NCBI GenBank assembly: GCA_031418035.1
Contig: JANOWU010000037.1
Coordinates: forward strand, 873-64,872
Reading direction: 5' to 3'
DNA from: Acidimicrobiia bacterium
GTDB lineage: Bacteria; Actinomycetota; Acidimicrobiia; Acidimicrobiales; JANYDT01
Length of the DNA stretch: 64,000 bases
Positions 63,560 to 64,000 of this stretch are shown here, piece after piece; position 1 is the first letter of the stretch; the number at the start of each line of letters is the position of its first letter. The notes beneath the pieces are model-generated. The model was not told where the DNA came from. It ran no database searches and saw only the letters and a list, made by a program, of their open reading frames with translations. The position numbers and the translations under genes were made by a program.

Positions 63560-64000
63560 ATGCCGAAACCGTGTGAAGGGGATAGTCGGACTCCGGTTCA
63601 GCGTCGCCATGATGCACTGGTCGATATTGCGTTTGAGTCACTTGCGAATGAGGGCCGCCCCGTGGTCGGTGGTGAACGTCGGCATGTGACGGTGATGGTT
63701 GATGCGAAGTCCGGTATCGCGCATACGTCGCAGATGGTTCGCCTGTCGTCGTTCACCCGCGACATGTTGTTGTGTGATTGTGTCACGACGAGTGTGTGGT
63801 TGAGTGCAAACGGTATTCCGTTTGATGTGGGTACACCGACATCGCAGATACCGGTTCGGAATCGTCGTGCGGTCATGGTTCGTGATCAGTACTGCCGTCA
63901 TCCGGGGTGTAGTCGTCCGGCGCGGTGGACTGATGTGCATCATGTTCGTGAACGGGAGAATGGAGTCACCCACGAACTCACGAACTTGTGTGCGCTGTGC
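63560..64000 (+). CDS. HNH endonuclease (DUF222/13E12-type C-terminal half), partial at window end and apparently lacking the usual long N-terminal domain
   Basis: Manual translation of the frame open from 63533: ...QRRHDALVDIAFESLA...RRAVMVRDQYCRHPGCSRPARWTDVHHVRERENGVTHELTNLCALC. This matches the R.v..RD..C..PGC......DvHH......G.T...NL..LC HNH pattern. Candidate starts are TTG at 63545 or ATG at 63560. A TAG at 63530 closes the frame upstream. Confidence 0.7.
   Translation, partial: MPKPCEGDSRTPVQRRHDALVDIAFESLANEGRPVVGGERRHVTVMVDAKSGIAHTSQMVRLSSFTRDMLLCDCVTTSVWLSANGIPFDVGTPTSQIPVRNRRAVMVRDQYCRHPGCSRPARWTDVHHVRERENGVTHELTNLCALC

Overview
This window is the chromosomal replication-origin neighbourhood of a high-GC, Actinomycetota-type genome. 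Gene order matches the classic actinobacterial origin core. On the minus strand: dnaA-dnaN-recF-DUF721-gyrB-gyrA-(TadE-like)-DUF3566. On the plus strand: rpmH-rnpA-yidD-yidC-jag-rsmG-[gap]-parA-parB. Next come trxA/trxB, an ECF sigma plus ZAS anti-sigma pair, a Ser/Thr kinase, DegV, murJ, an Rv3909-like protein, a GNAT, cca, two NAD(P)H oxidoreductase paralogs, a Cys-rich small protein, a class A PBP, and a truncated HNH endonuclease at the window edge.

The left third holds metabolic and accessory genes:
- an enolase-superfamily enzyme and a 1-Cys peroxiredoxin;
- a Rieske / AlkB-like / FAD-oxidoreductase / methyltransferase / NUDIX cluster;
- a nucleoside-salvage locus (nucleoside hydrolase, BMP-type ABC transporter, cdd, RidA, add, phospho-sugar mutase);
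- a secreted lipase and a sortase-type surface protein;
- tRNA-Ala and tRNA-Ile;
- a GH63-like glucosidase.

I saw no rRNA, CRISPR/cas, transposase or integrase.

The most unusual feature is the roughly 2.4 kb gene-free interval between rsmG and parA. It is built from iterated units of about 70 and 140 bp that carry the parS centromere palindrome. I count 9 strong sites (4 of them perfect TGTTTCACGTGAAACA) plus several decayed copies, in two blocks flanking a 690 bp ORF-poor core.

Secondary observations:
- DnaA-box clusters on both sides of dnaA, with an AT-rich putative unwinding element;
- a recurrent pattern of short tandem duplications at or next to gene 3' ends and in intergenic regions;
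- many long antisense ORFs in the six-frame track, which I treat as GC-composition artefacts.

All calls come from reading translated ORFs and the DNA by eye. No searches were run.
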